A DNA stretch of 64,000 nucleotides from assembly GCF_006345805.1 (NCBI RefSeq), contig NC_042998.1, positions 30,504,001 to 30,568,000 of the forward strand, in the 5' to 3' direction. The position numbers and the translations under genes were made by a program. The notes beneath the pieces were generated by a model. It was not told the DNA's origin and ran no database searches. It saw nothing but the letters and a program-made list of their open reading frames with translations. Shown in pieces: positions 51,307 through 64,000 of the stretch (the first letter of the stretch is position 1; every line of letters begins with the position of its first letter). Source of the DNA: Octopus sinensis (Eukaryota).

Positions 51307-52237
51307 ATCGTATTATTTATTTAAACGTATTCGTATACGAAACATCTTAACTTTTCAATGCTGGCTCTGAATTACATAGAAAACTTGTAGCGGTAAACTT
51401 TAGAATGAGAACATCGCATTGCTAGCACAATAGGCACAAAATTGACTTGTAAACCTTAAATATAATTAGTAGTATATTACGGTTGCAAAACGAAATAATG
51501 TGTCCTTACTAGCAATTCACAGAAAGGAAATATTTAGAAAGGAGACTCAAATTAAATTCAAGATATTTAACAGATAATGGGAGATTACGATACTGATACG
51601 TTTACATACGGCAAAATTCGGCAAAAATAGAAATAAAAGGCGATTTCAGGTCACTAAATGATTATGGTACCCATATATTAGTAGCTTCTTTTGATTATGC
51701 AGCAGGCCACTTTTGACATGAAATAAAATTATAAACTCCATGGCGGAGAAATCAGTGTTATATCACAGAAGACAAATTTTGATCTTGCTTGAATTAAACT
51801 CTGAATATATATTTATATATGAAATCATAAATACAATTTCGTTCTCCGTACTAATTCGAGGCATGCATTATAATCATTTTTAACAATACTATTAGGCACA
51901 GAATACGATCTTAGAACTTCATTACAACTTACTTTATTGAATCAAGAATAATGAATTATAGAATTGATTCCCAGTGGATTTTAAGCACAACACGTAAAAG
52001 GTTGAAACAAAGCTCTATAGATTGTGGCTTTTACCACAAAGCGAAACTTAAAACTATTTTTGTTTTATGAATGTCCTTGCAAACAACAGTGAAACAAATT
52101 TCATATATGACTTACTGATTCCGTCAAAACACGATTTCCGTAGATTGAGGCACTCAGAAATTCTTCTCATAACGTTACTATTCAAAAAAATAATTTGGAA
52201 TTTAGTGGATGGTATATCAACAATTTCTTATATTCTT

Positions 52238-52477
52238 TTATTTGTTTTAATCGTTTGACTGCGGCTATGCTGGAGCACCACCTTAAAGGGTGTTAGTCGA
52301 AGAAATCGGCCCGAGGACTTATTCTCTGTATGCCTAGTTCTATCAGTCTCTTTTGCCGAACCGCTAAGTTACGGGAACACAAACACATCAGCATCAGTTG
52401 TCAAGCGATGGCGGGGAGTCAAACACAAACACACACACATAAATATATACATACATATATATATACATATATATATA

Positions 52478-52513
<36 letters not shown>

Positions 52514-52650
52514 CGACGGACTTCTTCCAGTTTCTGTCTATCAAATCCACTCACAAGCCTTTGGTCGGCCCGAGACTATCGTAGAAGACACTTAACCAAC
52601 ATGTCACGCAGTGAGACTGAACCCGGAACCATGTGGTTGGGAAGCAATTA
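52238..52650 (-). mobile_element. SINE family B
   Basis: Reverse complement of the family B body. Confidence 0.85.
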
Positions 52651-55247
52651 CGCCTAAAAGAGACAATATTAGAACAGAACTCTTGTATTTCCTACAGCAA
52701 TACGCCACAAACATCATTTATCCTCTAGTCTTGTAAAACATCTTATTGTACCATTTTCCTATTGTAAATTATAGGGTTACAGTAATGTACACCTTCCAGT
52801 CATTCCATCAATATTTGAATTGTTGTATTTCTCATATAATGACGTTTTCCACAGAAGAAAAGATGGTCACATTTTGAATGCCTAAAGGTTATTTCTATTT
52901 TTAACACTGAAACTTCACTAACAATAAATACATGCTTTTGCTTTCGTAAATTTCACACTCGATCCTTGGTCATGAATATATAAGCTTTCGCCTGTGAATA
53001 GATCAATTAATCTTGTCTTCACTTTATAATATGTGTTGCAATTTTCTCGCTATTTTCTGGCAGCCAATCAAATTTCGATGTGCTTACGAATATATTTGCA
53101 TACACATTACAACACTATTTCTTAATTTAAATACTCTGAATTATCGACAACATAAAATTCGAAGAAACGTTTCTATAGACATGTGTTCTGATAAAAAAAA
53201 AAAAAGTATTTTGTGTGTATGAAAAAAAAACCAAAGAAAAAAGAGCAGGAACACCTCTACTCTGAGTCACAGACATGGAAGCAGTAAAACAAACTCATAA
53301 ATATCAGACACGGAATGGAAGAAACCTCCGATGGAGAGAAATTATGGAAAAAGCCACAACTGAATAGTGATAGACTTCGCTAACCCAATTTATTCACGTA
53401 TTTCTTCATCAATAATAAAAGCTAGAGAAATAGAAATGCGTAGAGTTTGGTTGAAAGAACAACACTCACAAAAATAAAACAACACTTGCTTCAGCACAAC
53501 GACAATCTTGCCAAGCTAATACAAAATTTAAGCAAAAAGAAATATATATATATATATATATATGTATGTACATGTATATACAAGCATACATACACTCATA
53601 CAATCATACACACACACAGACAAACATATATATGAACCCCCTCACATATACATACATACAGACACATATATATATATATTATTCATATGCATATATACAT
53701 ACACATATAATATTCTACATGTATGCCTCCGTCTTTGTGTGTGTGTATGCATCTGTGCGTGTAAGAAAATAAGCATTGTGATATATTTACCAAAAGGCAT
53801 ATATATCTTTTTTTTTTTATAAGTTATACTCTCCTTACCGGAAATTTTCATGAATTCAAATCCCCAATATAGCTTTGAGACATCTCTGTCAATGAAAAGC
53901 TTTTACACAAATATCGATACAATAGCAGCAACTATAGCCAGTGCGATGTTATTACGACTGATAATAATGCTAATAACTATTGAAAAAATTATCATAAAAA
54001 TGATAATATTGATGATCCCATTGATAACACATATAATATTGATTTCTATTGTCCAATCGCGAAGACAAGTTAAGAAGAATTGAGCATATAAAAAGAAAAG
54101 TCGCAGAGAAATCAATATTGGACATTACGCATCAGCATATTTCCTATGAAATTGTTCGGAATATCACTGGAAAGGAATTATTTTAATGACTCGCAATATT
54201 TATGAGAATTACTCTCTTGTTTATTCTGCATACTTGAAGTATATTTCTTTTTTCATTGTTTAACCCACTTATATCAAGGTAAAGAAATAAGGATTCTCTT
54301 ACTTATGACGATATTGTATTTTACTAAAGGATGCTATATAGACACTGTATTTTGTAAATTGTTTTTTATGAATGCATAAAACATAACTTCAAAGATAATA
54401 ATAGCAGTAGTATGTTAATTTTAAATGAAGATTTAGCTAATACAGTACTCAATATGGACTATCACGCTCCTTGTATTATGGGATAGCTCGGAAATATTTT
54501 TTGCATTAAATATAATTCCTGCCATATTTCATGAATGCAAATGATAAAATATGTGTATCAAATAACATGTGTATATATTCCATATTGTAGAAAAAATTGT
54601 ATAAAATCGTTAAGCAATCCATTATATATTCAAAGAAATCAATAAATGCAGCAACTTGACAAATGAATTTTTGCGTATTTTTACATTAACATAGAATTAT
54701 ACTATCTATCCGATAGATTTGTCAGATATCCTTTATATTAAGTGCGAAAATCCCTTTCCTATTTGGCTTAGAAATTTAGTGACTCATATGTAAACTGCCT
54801 TTATCGGAGACCAGGTTTCGAAACTGTTCAGCACTCATATATCACACATAATCATGTAGACATCTGATCAAAATCTATTATTCCTGTTTTAGCGTTTGGT
54901 TTTTGTTTAGAGAAATTAATAGAAAACTTCATGTCATGTTATAATTCAGAACTTATTTTAGCCAGGGAAATATAATTATAGGACTTGAGGGATTTTGTAA
55001 GTTAATCTCTTATAGTTTTACATGAAACTCTACGCTTTAGACAACGAATTTAATTGATGGACTCACCATTTTGTGGTGAATTCCTATTTGTTTATACCAT
55101 AGAGCGAAACGAAAATTGTGTAATGAAGATGTAGTTTTATTGAGTATTAAAAAATGTGTTCTTTACATACATACGCATACGTTCAGGCATGCATGCATAC
55201 ATACATACATATTGGGGTGTTTGATAAACTTGTTCACTGTTTTGCAT

Positions 55248-55425
55248 TTATTACCTCCGCCTTAGTGAAGACGGTGGTATTGTTTTCAGTTGTGTTTGTT
55301 TGTTTGTCTGTGGACCAGATATCTCAAGAACCGCAGGATAAATTCGGATGAAACATTCAGGGATGTTTGACCTCGTAACTGAGACGCACTGGTACTGGAC
55401 AAAGATTCTGGATTATTTGTTATAT
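55248..55425 (+). mobile_element. Helentron/DINE-1-like non-autonomous element fragment
   Basis: TTATTACCTCCGCC-TTAGTGAA-GACGGTGGT subterminal hairpin, GTTT microsatellite, GATATCTCAAGAAC...GGATGAAAC. Confidence 0.55.
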
Positions 55426-55599
55426 TTACTTTACATGAAGTATTACGACCTTACGGACTTTCAAGTCTTTCTCTGATTATCTCCCTTGAAAGCACGCTCA
55501 TGGTTTCCATGTAAATTATGGTGGTGTTGCTATTTTCATTTCTCTGTTATCAATTTTACTCCCGCCTCTATCTTAGTAGAAACTGATGGATAAAGAAAT

Positions 55600-56135
55600 C
55601 AAACTACATAAACTCAGCGGATGTTAACGAAGCTGAAGAACAGTGAAAAAGAGAACACCTATGCTGAACTATTGAGAAATCTGCAGTTACTCTATCCAGA
55701 TTACAAATTCAGGTTTATACCTGTAATTATTGGGGCCCTGGGATACGTAACACACTGCCTAAATACCAATATGGAGAAATTAGTCTTCTCAAAACCAGAA
55801 AGGAGAAAGCTAATTCGAAGACTACAGATCCAATCCAGCACTAGAACTGTAAAAATCTGTTAAACTTTCCAGAAGTTTATCATTTAAATATATATGAGCA
55901 TGTCTAGATATGTAACTATATTCATGAGAATACTTGCATAATACATACATACATACATACACACATACATACATACATACATACATACATACATACATAC
56001 ATACATACATACATACATACATACATACAAACAAAATACTCTGTTGTTGATGTTGAAATTCCAATGAAGAAATCTTGGATCTAGGTTAGAAACCTGTTCT
56101 TTATTAGCAAGAAATCTTGAAATAACCTGAATAAT
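55600..56135 (+). mobile_element. 3' end of an RLE-type non-LTR retrotransposon (second copy)
   Basis: EKENTYAELLRNLQLLYPDYKFRFIPVIIGALGYV...IRRLQIQS..TVKIC; same 3' UTR as 44125-44580. Confidence 0.8.
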
Positions 56136-56555
56136 GACGTGCATATTGAATACATACACAAACGTCAACTCAAGGAATATTGTTGGAAGATTCCCATCAA
56201 AACATCTATCAACTGTAAACATAAGATGCAGAATATTGTTGTTTGGATTCTCTGGAGACATGGATTATATTACATCTGCTGTCTTTTTTCTTTTCATTTT
56301 TCTTTTTGCTTGCATTGTATAACCATTGTCGTAACCATTGTTTTTGCAGATGTTTTCCTGCGACCACCTCACTGAATTCGTCAATGGCCGTTGACGACGC
56401 TACAATATCCACCAGAAAACAAAAGAGACGAAAGTAAGTAAATATTACAATTGTGCACTTTAGAGCACGATTTCGCGGCCCTCTTTTCACCCAGAAAGTA
56501 GGAGTGGTTATTTAAAGATTTAACAAAAATTAATAAGTATAAACAAATTATTTCC

Positions 56556-56593
56556 AAGCCGTGGCGCAACAGTAGTGCATTACGTCGGAGTCA
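56556..56593 (+). pseudogene. Internally deleted tRNA-Trp-like pseudogene
   Basis: CGTGGCGCAACAGTAGTGC matches the 5' half and ATTACGTCGGAGTCA the 3' end of metazoan tRNA-Trp (..CGTGGCGCAACGGTAGCGC..AATCACGTCGGGGTCA, from memory). Followed by ATTTT. Confidence 0.5.
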
Positions 56594-57141
56594 ATTTTCA
56601 TCTGTGGTTTCATATAAACTCGAACTAATTCATATATACACATGTTACGATCTTCCTGGTTGTGTGGTAAGATGATTCCTTCACATCAACATAGCCTTGA
56701 GTTCAATCTCACTGGGCAGCACCTTGGGCACTTGTCTTTTAATATAGTTCAAGTCCGATCAAAATTTTGTGAAAGATAGACCTAATACAAATACATCCGT
56801 TTAGTTTAAAATTGCGAAGAGAATTTCTCCCAATCAACTCCACCGCCTTCGTTGTTTGTGTTTTTGTGTAGAAGTAGCATGCTCTTAGCTATATCAGCAT
56901 CACTGTAATGTTGATATTACTTAAGCTTTGCAAATGTGTCAAGAAATGGCCTGGATTAAAGTATATCCTAATTCTTAAGCCTAGTCGCTGTTATGCAAAT
57001 TTTGAAAGTGTTATCGTCATGTGAGATCATCAAACTAGAAACAATGGTGCCAATGGAGAATCACGATTCTCCAACAGTTCATAATTATTCTAAAGAGATT
57101 CATAATCATTTTGCTAAAAGTTACCGATAAATAAATATACC

Positions 57142-57520
57142 TTACTTACTTGTACTTGTGGCGACATTCACCCTGGGCGAGTTGAGTCGGCTTCTTCTAC
57201 CACCCTCGAGACATCTCGAACCATGGCAGCCCACGCACGACGGTCCTGCGCCAGTTCACTGGAGATAGCGAGCCAGTCACGGTTCCATCGGCGCAGACCG
57301 ACCACCTGCGGTCCCGTGAGCACAGTGAGGTCCTCCTTGATCGTCGTAGCTCAGGTCTTCAGCTGCCCGCCCGCGCATTTCCACCAGTTGGGAAGTGGAG
57401 TTGGGAGAAGGACATCACGGCTCAATTCACCCACCGGACGCCTACTTGCATGGCCAAACCACCGCAAGCGCCGCTGCAGAAGGACAGATGGAAGGGGCCG
57501 TAGAGACAGGCCAAGACTTC
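57142..57520 (-). pseudogene. RTE-clade LINE 3' end
   Basis: Minus: LLQRRLRWFGHASRRP...GGQLKT*ATTIKEDL...WNRDWL...LAQDRRAWAAMVRD; (CAAGTA)n tail. Confidence 0.9.
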
Positions 57521-58292
57521 TTCTATGAAATAAATATATCTATGGTATATCAAAACGGTGGTTGTTTATGGTTTGTAATGATCCACTTTCGGTTATTGTT
57601 TTGTTTCTCTTTCGTTTTTACTTTTGTTTATTTTATCTTTTTGTTCCTATTCGCAACGAATGCATACATTTGTTTATAGTTATTGCTTCGGTAATTTTAC
57701 AGAAAACACCAGTACTTAAAGTACATGTCAACGAAGTTATGGCTTCGACGTGCGATTAGGTCGTGTCTATAATCAATAGCATTAGCTTCTATGAATGTTT
57801 CATAAAATAATTGATGATTTGTGGGGTTAAATGAGTTAATTTGTATGCAATGAATAATATAGAGCCGTAGGAGAATAATAAATTTTGTTTAGAGGCGTAA
57901 AGAATTAATATTTATGACTGATTGTTTCTTGTTTATAACGACTTAATTGGTGTGTGCATATTATTTCTTCTTCGCAATGAGCCGTCACATTACTGTGTTT
58001 GAAGTGTACGATGTGAACAAAGGAACATGCGATGACAGTATCGTTAGGTGTGGATATAAAACTACATTTGCATGCTAATTTTTCGTGACAAAATACAGTT
58101 TTCGCTTCGGATTCTAATTGCATTAGCAAGAAGCAGAATGGTTAATTGAAGGGCGTGAGAGAGAAAATTATTTAATTTTACATTAACATTTACCAGATAA
58201 CTAGATCGCGTATAATAAAGAATTTAAATGTTTGAAATAGATTGATAAATTACATATTATGTAAGCCATTAAAGATGCAAGCAAAAAAGTGG

Positions 58293-58370
<78 letters not shown>

Positions 58371-58431
58371 TGCTCCCCCTCCTAGAAATAATAGACAACT
58401 GCCACTGAAATCAAAAGTTAATACCTTAAAG

Positions 58432-58612
58432 GAATTCCAACCACGTTTCGTGGTTCGCTACCTCAACAGCTCCTTTATAGGACCCAGTGGCTAAAGACAT
58501 CATCAGGAAGAACCACGTCCAGTTTCGGCCCCTACTCCTCAACCGTTTCGACGTGACAGGCCACCGCCCTTTCAGAGGGTCTTCAGATCTGGGGTTGAGT
58601 GCGTTTTTGCTT
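58432..58612 (-). mobile_element. pLTR-like segment with two CUGANGA...GAAAC motif pairs
   Basis: Reverse complement aligns to 61172-61326; the 3' 75 nt are nearly identical. Confidence 0.7.
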
Positions 58613-59865
58613 TCTCATTTTTTCTTTTGTTCTTTCGTTTCTTCGATACATCGTCAAAGAATGTCAGCAGGCGAATGTCCATCCTGCCAAATTTCCCCTT
58701 TAAATATTCGCAGGTAGGCTCCAGCAGCCAGCGCCAGCTAACTAACACGTGACACTGTCTAAGCTTCAACTGACTAATGGAGGGGGAAGGGCGCGTAGTT
58801 TTAGCCCGCGCAGATAAAGTATTCACTGATTCTACGAATAGAGGAATTTCTAATAACGCAAGTCCTCCGACCATACGACCGTTCTATCGGGTCTGACCTG
58901 ACTAACCAGAAACACAACGTCAATAATATCAACGACAATGTCATTTACATAGTAACTCGAGATGAAATCATTTCAAATCGTCTGAGTTAATCATTTACTT
59001 AGTGTCAGCTGTTTACATTCTAATTTTAAATTCTGAGTACATCAACTGCGTCTTTTATCATACCATTGTCAATAAACTAAGGTGCTAGTTTAGTACAGAC
59101 TGAAACTGGCGCCAGCCAAGTATCTAAAGTGAGTGACTATTAACTTAAAATCCGGAATACGTCTTCTTCGCGCTGTTTGCGATTTAAGGTGAGAGATGCG
59201 TGTATAAATTGAGAAAAACTTTATCATTTTAAGGATCAAAAATATCAGTAATTTTATTAACATTGAAAGACCTAATTAAGAAGCAATGCCACAAAATCCT
59301 GCGTTTAACAGGATATGTTTCACGTCTGTAATCGTATTCGATGCAAGACGAAATAAAGTTTACTGTCGCTATAAAAGGTTAACAGCAAATGTTTCAAAAT
59401 GATTGCCAATTAAAATCAACCTGGTAATTAACACTACAAAATGGTGTTGTTGTTTAAGTTTCAACAACAATATTATTGTTTAGCTATAATTCTAATAATT
59501 GTATTAATATGCATCTCACCTGTGAGGCATTAATTGCACAGTCACAAACCAATGACGTATAGTTTGAAATGCAACACAGAGTAATGTAGCTGTTCTTCTA
59601 TGTCTTTCATACAGACTTGCATTTATAGGCAACTACTACTCTTCCACAAAAGGAAAAATACCTGCTTAGGACTATCGAATGGAATAGGACTTTTCAGGTG
59701 TGTAAGTCAAGTCGATGGTTGATTATGACCGAAAGGAACACTAGAGACCTTGGATGTACGTACACGTGTGTAGAAATGTTTGTGTAAACACAAATGTGCG
59801 TTTGTATGTCTGTATACATTTTTGTATGTTCATATAGAAGTACGTATATATGTGTTTATGAGTCA

Positions 59866-59922
<57 letters not shown>

Positions 59923-60659
59923 AGTAGAAATATGTTACGAAAAGAAAATATAAAATACACGTGGAAATGTAAGGGTAAAATATAAAAAAAATCAACGAAA
60001 ATGCATATTGCAAATAGAAAAAGGCTATTTATGACAGGTAGCGACACATGTATACATTTAGATTGACTGAGGTAGTAATACGAGTCATAAAGGTCATTAT
60101 TATGACATGATTATAAGATGATGATAAAGTAAGAGAACAAAACGAACCAATAGTTTACGCGAACTATTCATCGTTTGAACAACACCTGTTAATATATATA
60201 TATACAAAAATATCGAACGATGAAAATGAGTGCTGAACACTGCATTGGTGGATAGAATTTCTTTATTTGTGTATTAAGGTTTCCATTAGTTTCATGTTAA
60301 GTAAAAGAGAAACATACCTTCATATCTTAGTAATTTGTGAAGCCAATCATATGGAGGAATGGTTTTCGTTTTCTCTTTAGATAAACACAAAGTTTCGTTA
60401 AATTCGTGGGGATTCCCATAAAGAAAACGATAAATCAAGGGGTGCTGCTCATGGACGACATCTTTTGAGTGGCTATCTCCTTTGGGTTTGAATTTTGCAC
60501 AAACCAAACAGTCATGTCAGATGGTAAATTTGTTTGCATTATGTTATATTTATATTATATTCTGGGTGTATGCGATGTTCGTATGATTGTGTGCTGAGGT
60601 AGTTCGTCATGAAGGCATATTTCTGTGTGTGGAATTCGTATGTAATGTATATCCAGATT

Positions 60660-61115
60660 TCACGTTTAGGAAAGGGGGGTATCCTGGTGGAACTGGCGGC
60701 GCAGGTGGTGGTCCTTCTATGAAGTACTTAAGTGTGAAATATTGCTTGTGTATGCAAGGAGAGAAGAATTTATCCCTAATATTTAGGCTATTATCTGTTG
60801 ACTGTATGATAATTAGTTTTCCAGTGATACAGCGTTCACATTTGGTTCCTTTTCCTCTGTATTTTCTGGGTTTAGCGATATTCCATTTTATCTGGGATTA
60901 CTTATTCCTTCTTCTTTCAATGTCCGTATCATACTGGACAAGGATGTTGCGTGCTTTCTATTTTTGTCTTTAAACGACGCTAGATATTGTGTGTAGCTTT
61001 TCTTGAACGTGTTGCCCGTCATTTCGATATAAGTCTTTGCTACTCCGATGCGATCCGTATTCTTGGCCTTGTATACAAGTTCTTTTTCGAGGCAGTGCTG
61101 TTTAGAGAGCAGCAC
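60660..61115 (-). pseudogene. Penelope-like element GIY-YIG endonuclease remnant
   Basis: HCLEKELVYKA...TYIEMTGNTFKKSY...SFKDKNRKHATSLS..I..LKE, then (frameshift) IKWNI...KCERCITGKLIII....LNIRDKFFSPCIHK. Confidence 0.85.
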
Positions 61116-61326
61116 TTTGAAGATCTGGTTAAGTAGCTTTTCCTAATCTCTTTTCAAAAGAAAGAAATAAACACACTCATCACCAGAGCTGAAGACACCT
61201 CGGAAAGTTGGGGCCCCGAAACGTCGAAAACAGTAGAGGAGAAGGGACCGCCTGATGATGTCTTTAGCCACTGGATCCTGTAAAGGAGCTGTTGAGATAG
61301 CGAATCATGAAACGTGGTTGGAATTC
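61110..61326 (+). mobile_element. Inverted pLTR-like segment abutting the truncated PLE ORF
   Basis: Homologous to 58432-58650 in the opposite orientation; begins at the ORF truncation point. Confidence 0.7.
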
Positions 61327-61609
61327 TTCGGTCAGGATCAAAGGTTTTTTTTCTTGGATGGAGAGATTTATGTGGCATAATAATTTCGTTTGTTAAACTA
61401 ATTAAACAATTTTCTATGTTTATTTGATTAGAGGACATGTATAAATTTAATTATAAGTATTTATGTTTTCATGTGCTTTTGAGTTTATTAACAAAAAAGT
61501 AACATAAAACAATGGTCTACATGTATCAGGCGAAGACAACCCCCAAAACATTTGCATATCTGCATTAGATATGTTCTTCACCATAACAGAATTTTTTACA
61601 ACGAAAAAA

Positions 61610-62029
61610 GGATCTTTTCGGTTTGAACGGCAGTTTTTTTTTCTCGCGGTGTCATATGAAATTGTCACCCATAATCATGACCCCAGTATCGATCTATTGC
61701 ATTTCAATCTGTTTTAGGGTTATGGTTAGGGGTGGGGGAAGGGTATCTTTTTTTCTTCAGAAATGTAAATAAACCCAATCTGTTTCTTAAACGAGGGACA
61801 TATTCATAAGGCACAGAATCTTTTTCACCTCAATGGACGTCAGTGATTGGTTGAAATTGCAGAAATTGAAGAAAAAAAACAACAAATATCTTACAAATGA
61901 TAGAATGTTCTCAATAAAGCCAAGAGAAAAAGATGTTTTATAAACACATTCTACCAGTATACGAAGTTTAAAAGTGTTTAGTTACGTGGAAATTATTTTT
62001 TAACACTGCCGGTCAAACAGATAAGACCC
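61610..62029. mobile_element. MITE-like element with 28-bp TIRs and an internal telomere-like motif
   Basis: GGATCTTTTCGGTTTGAACGGCAGTTTT versus AACACTGCCGGTCAAACAGATAAGACCC (23/28 match). TTAGGGTTATGGTTAGGGG at 61714. Confidence 0.7.
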
Positions 62030-63136
62030 CGAAAGAAACCGGTATGACAGCAATATTTACATACACAATAAATGTGGCCCTAAATGGTGTCCCTAAAATT
62101 GTAGAAATAGTCTAAATTGGATCCATAGTTAAATGCAATAAATACTCAAAAATATATCAAAAACTTGATAAAAGTCTTCTCATCAACAAATATAACGGAA
62201 ATAAATCTACGTAAAATATTGACGCGGTACAAAAATAACACCTTACTAATAAATGCAAAACTGAACCAACAGGAGCAACAGATCACTCCCACACCAATGC
62301 ATTAAACTTTGAGAGCAAACTAAATTGGAAAACTTTTCTTTTGAAAGTCGCCGTTACGAAAAAATCGATCCTCACGATAAACATACTTTCAATAAACCAT
62401 ATTACTGTACATTACTTTGAATTAATAAATCACGATTTGGACATATTTTTTTATAGAAGGGTACCAAGAAGGCCTAAGAAAATTACATTAATTATCGAGC
62501 TGACAGTAGAATTTACCAAAGATAAAGAGATAATATATATGGAGGAATAAAGTGTGTGTGTGTATGGACATGTATATGTGTGGGTGGGTGTGAGTGTGGC
62601 TCTCTGTGGGTGTGTGTATGTTCATACATATGTGTGTGTGTATGTATTTATATCTCAAACATGTTGAACATTTTTGCATGAAAAGCTATGTAGGTGTTTT
62701 GTTCCTATCTTTAAAGTTCTTCCTCTTTTAGTGTCGTAACCTCAGTGTTTTTTCATCTATCACTTTGAACTTCTTATAAAGTTCGTCTTCATGTTTATTC
62801 GCTTATATTTATTGGGGGTCAATTAATAAACTATTCCCAGAAATCTTTCGAATTTATATAAGACATATATGTGATATTAGAAACATTTTGGTTTCTAAAA
62901 CATTATGCGGAGAACATGGATGATAAAAATTTCCAAAAATTTCAAACATTGAGGTATACATGATCTAATATAGGTAACGATCAAACGTATTAAATTAATA
63001 TTTATCATTATTTTATTATTAAAGTAATAATATTATTCTATAGCTCATTACTAATTCTTCAACGATTTGATTGTAAGAGAAATTTCATTGTAAGACTTTT
63101 GAGCAAAATTGGTAGACAAAAACTGAAAGATGTCCG

Positions 63137-63173
<37 letters not shown>

Positions 63174-63249
63174 GGATTTTAGTCAAACAAATCGACCTCA
63201 GGACTTAGTTTCTTTAATCCTAGTAATTATTATGTCGGTCAATTTCTTT

Positions 63250-64000
63250 TTCCAATAAAATTGCCATTGGCTTCAACCACGGCCTCCAGATGACTTCCGA
63301 ATCTCCTGCAACTCTTCTGGACCTTGGTGAATGCTGCCATAATCCTTCCTTTCAGTTCATCTTTGGTGTTACAAAGAGTTTTGTTGGTCTCTCGCTCAAC
63401 TGCACCCTACACATAATATTCAAGGGACTGCAGTCTGGGAAGATAGGTAGCCAGATGTTAGGGTAATGTGGTCGCAGATATGGTTTGACGGCCATTACTG
63501 CGTTCTCCGGCTTGTGTGGCATAGTGCAGAGTCCTGTTACCAGACATAGAGCCTTCCAGCAGCCACCCTCTTGATCCAGGGCAAACTACCTCCCCCTGGC
63601 ACATGATGTAGGCCTCCGTGTTGAGTCTGAGGCCGTATGGGGAGATGAATGGAGGCAAACGTTGCCACCACTAGTGATCACTCCAAATATCATGATAGTG
63701 ACTGGATGTTTAACTTTTACCACTCTGTACATGTTTTGAAGAGACGGCAAGCCAACGGTTGCCCTGTGTGTTCAACCTGGTAGCAATTTTTCTCGTCTGA
63801 GAAAAACCAAATCATGTTTGGTTGGAGAGGATTCTTGAGTTTGTTCAAAAGCTTTATAACACGGTATTTCCTCTTTTCCTTGATGGCTTGGGATGAAAAT
63901 TGGTCCTCTCTCATCTTGTATGAGGAATGCCGAATGACTTCATGCACTATCTGCCTGATAAACTCAGGCAGATAGTCAGGGACCAAGTCGATGAGGTCCG
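63250..64000 (-). pseudogene. DD37D (maT) transposase relic running off the window end
   Basis: IRQIVHEVIRHSSYKMR; NMIWFFSDEKN; MPPFI.P.GLRLNTEAYI; QDSA.CHTSRRTQ; PDC.PL.YY; ERETNK..CNTKDELK. Confidence 0.9.

Larger units (their letters stand above)
50716..51520 (+). repeat. Old tandem repeat, ~390-bp unit, two units, one hammerhead per unit
   Basis: GTCCTT(G/A)CTAGC at 50723, 51119 and 51502 (periods 396 and 383). GGCTCTGAATT and ATCGCA.TGCTA also recur. Confidence 0.85.

Overview
AT-rich, microsatellite-dense animal genomic DNA. The repeat families look like those of Octopus (recognised from memory, not database-checked). I find no confidently supported host gene; most supplied ORFs are microsatellite translations. 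The window is a mosaic of decayed mobile elements: several tRNA-derived SINE families, Penelope-like element (PLE) RT/GIY-YIG remnants, Tx1/L1-, RTE- and RLE-type LINE fragments, two DD37D maT and one mariner transposase relics, a hAT-like transposon, and Helitron/Helentron-like and MITE elements. The main result is a hand-folded census of about 16 type I hammerhead ribozyme motifs, roughly nine with a complete catalytic core, from many unrelated families. They recur in two architectures. (1) 350-480 bp 'monomer-plus' or tandem units with terminal redundancy and one hammerhead per unit, resembling retrozymes or tandem pLTRs. (2) Divergent inverted pairs and fold-back palindromes. One family fuses a tRNA-like Pol III head to a PLE-type hammerhead tail. 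All folds and alignments were done by eye and need computational and experimental confirmation.
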